From assembly GCF_001194135.2 (NCBI RefSeq), contig NC_068981.1:188992340-189056339 (forward strand): a stretch of DNA of 64,000 nucleotides. The letters run 5' to 3'. Source of the stretch: Octopus bimaculoides (taxonomy: Eukaryota). The position numbers and the translations under genes were made by a program. Below are positions 63,655 to 64,000 of this stretch, in pieces (the first letter of the stretch is position 1; each line of letters opens with the position of its first letter). Under the pieces are notes generated by a model. The model ran no database searches. It was not told the DNA's origin and was given only the letters and a program-made list of their open reading frames with translations.

Positions 63655-64000
63655 TCATCATCATCATCATCATCATCGTTTAACGTCCGCTTTCCATGCT
63701 AGGAGTTTCTACAGCTGGATGCCCTTCCTAACGCCAACCACTCAGAGAGTGTAGTGGGTGCTTTTACGTGTCACCCGCACGAAAACGGCCACGCTCGAAA
63801 TGGTGTCTTTTATGTGCCACCCGCACAAGCCAGTCCAGGGGCACTGGCAACGATCTCGCTCGAAAATCCTACAGGAGACAGTCAGGCGGTACTGGCAACG
63901 GCCACGCTCAAAATGGTGCATCTCATGTGCCACCCGCGCAAGAACCAGTCCAGGGGCACTGGCAACGATCTTACTTGGCTTGCCGGGTCTTCTCACGCAC
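63655..64000 (-). mobile_element. RTE-type 3' UTR with internal tandem units, runs off the window
   Basis: (CAT)n tail, then repeated GGCAACG..CACGCTC.AAATGGTG and GTGCCACCCGC.CAAG..CCAGTCCAGGGGCACT units. Confidence 0.75.

Noticed and set aside
1-64000. CRISPR arrays, operons or other prokaryotic systems
   Set aside because: Spliceosomal introns, SINEs and LINEs show this is animal nuclear DNA, and there are no repeat-spacer arrays.

Overview
AT-rich, intron- and repeat-dominated animal genomic DNA with seven N-gaps. The SINE/LINE content resembles an octopod cephalopod (inference, not tested). The only well-supported host gene is the 3' half of a Ca2+/calmodulin-dependent cyclic-nucleotide phosphodiesterase (PDE1) on the + strand. 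It has six GT-AG exons in compatible phases (3889-3990, 9901-10021, 10111-10192, 10365-10577, 17437-17511, 18771-18961 with TGA). The rest is tRNA-derived SINEs, RTE and CR1/L2-group LINE fragments, one decayed Tc1/mariner (maT-like) transposase and microsatellites. The most notable signal is a set of five, possibly six, unrelated short elements carrying minimal type-I hammerhead ribozyme motifs with a self-complementary, loop-less or nearly loop-less helix III. Most sit in fold-back inverted repeats (1921-2598, 3249-3375, 13654-14088, 29163-29634, 46220-46765); one is solitary (62105-62150). This architecture is known from Penelope-like elements and retrozymes. One element (13654-14088) fuses a tRNA-derived head, an (AAT)n tract and a hammerhead. 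All folds were read by eye and no activity is shown.
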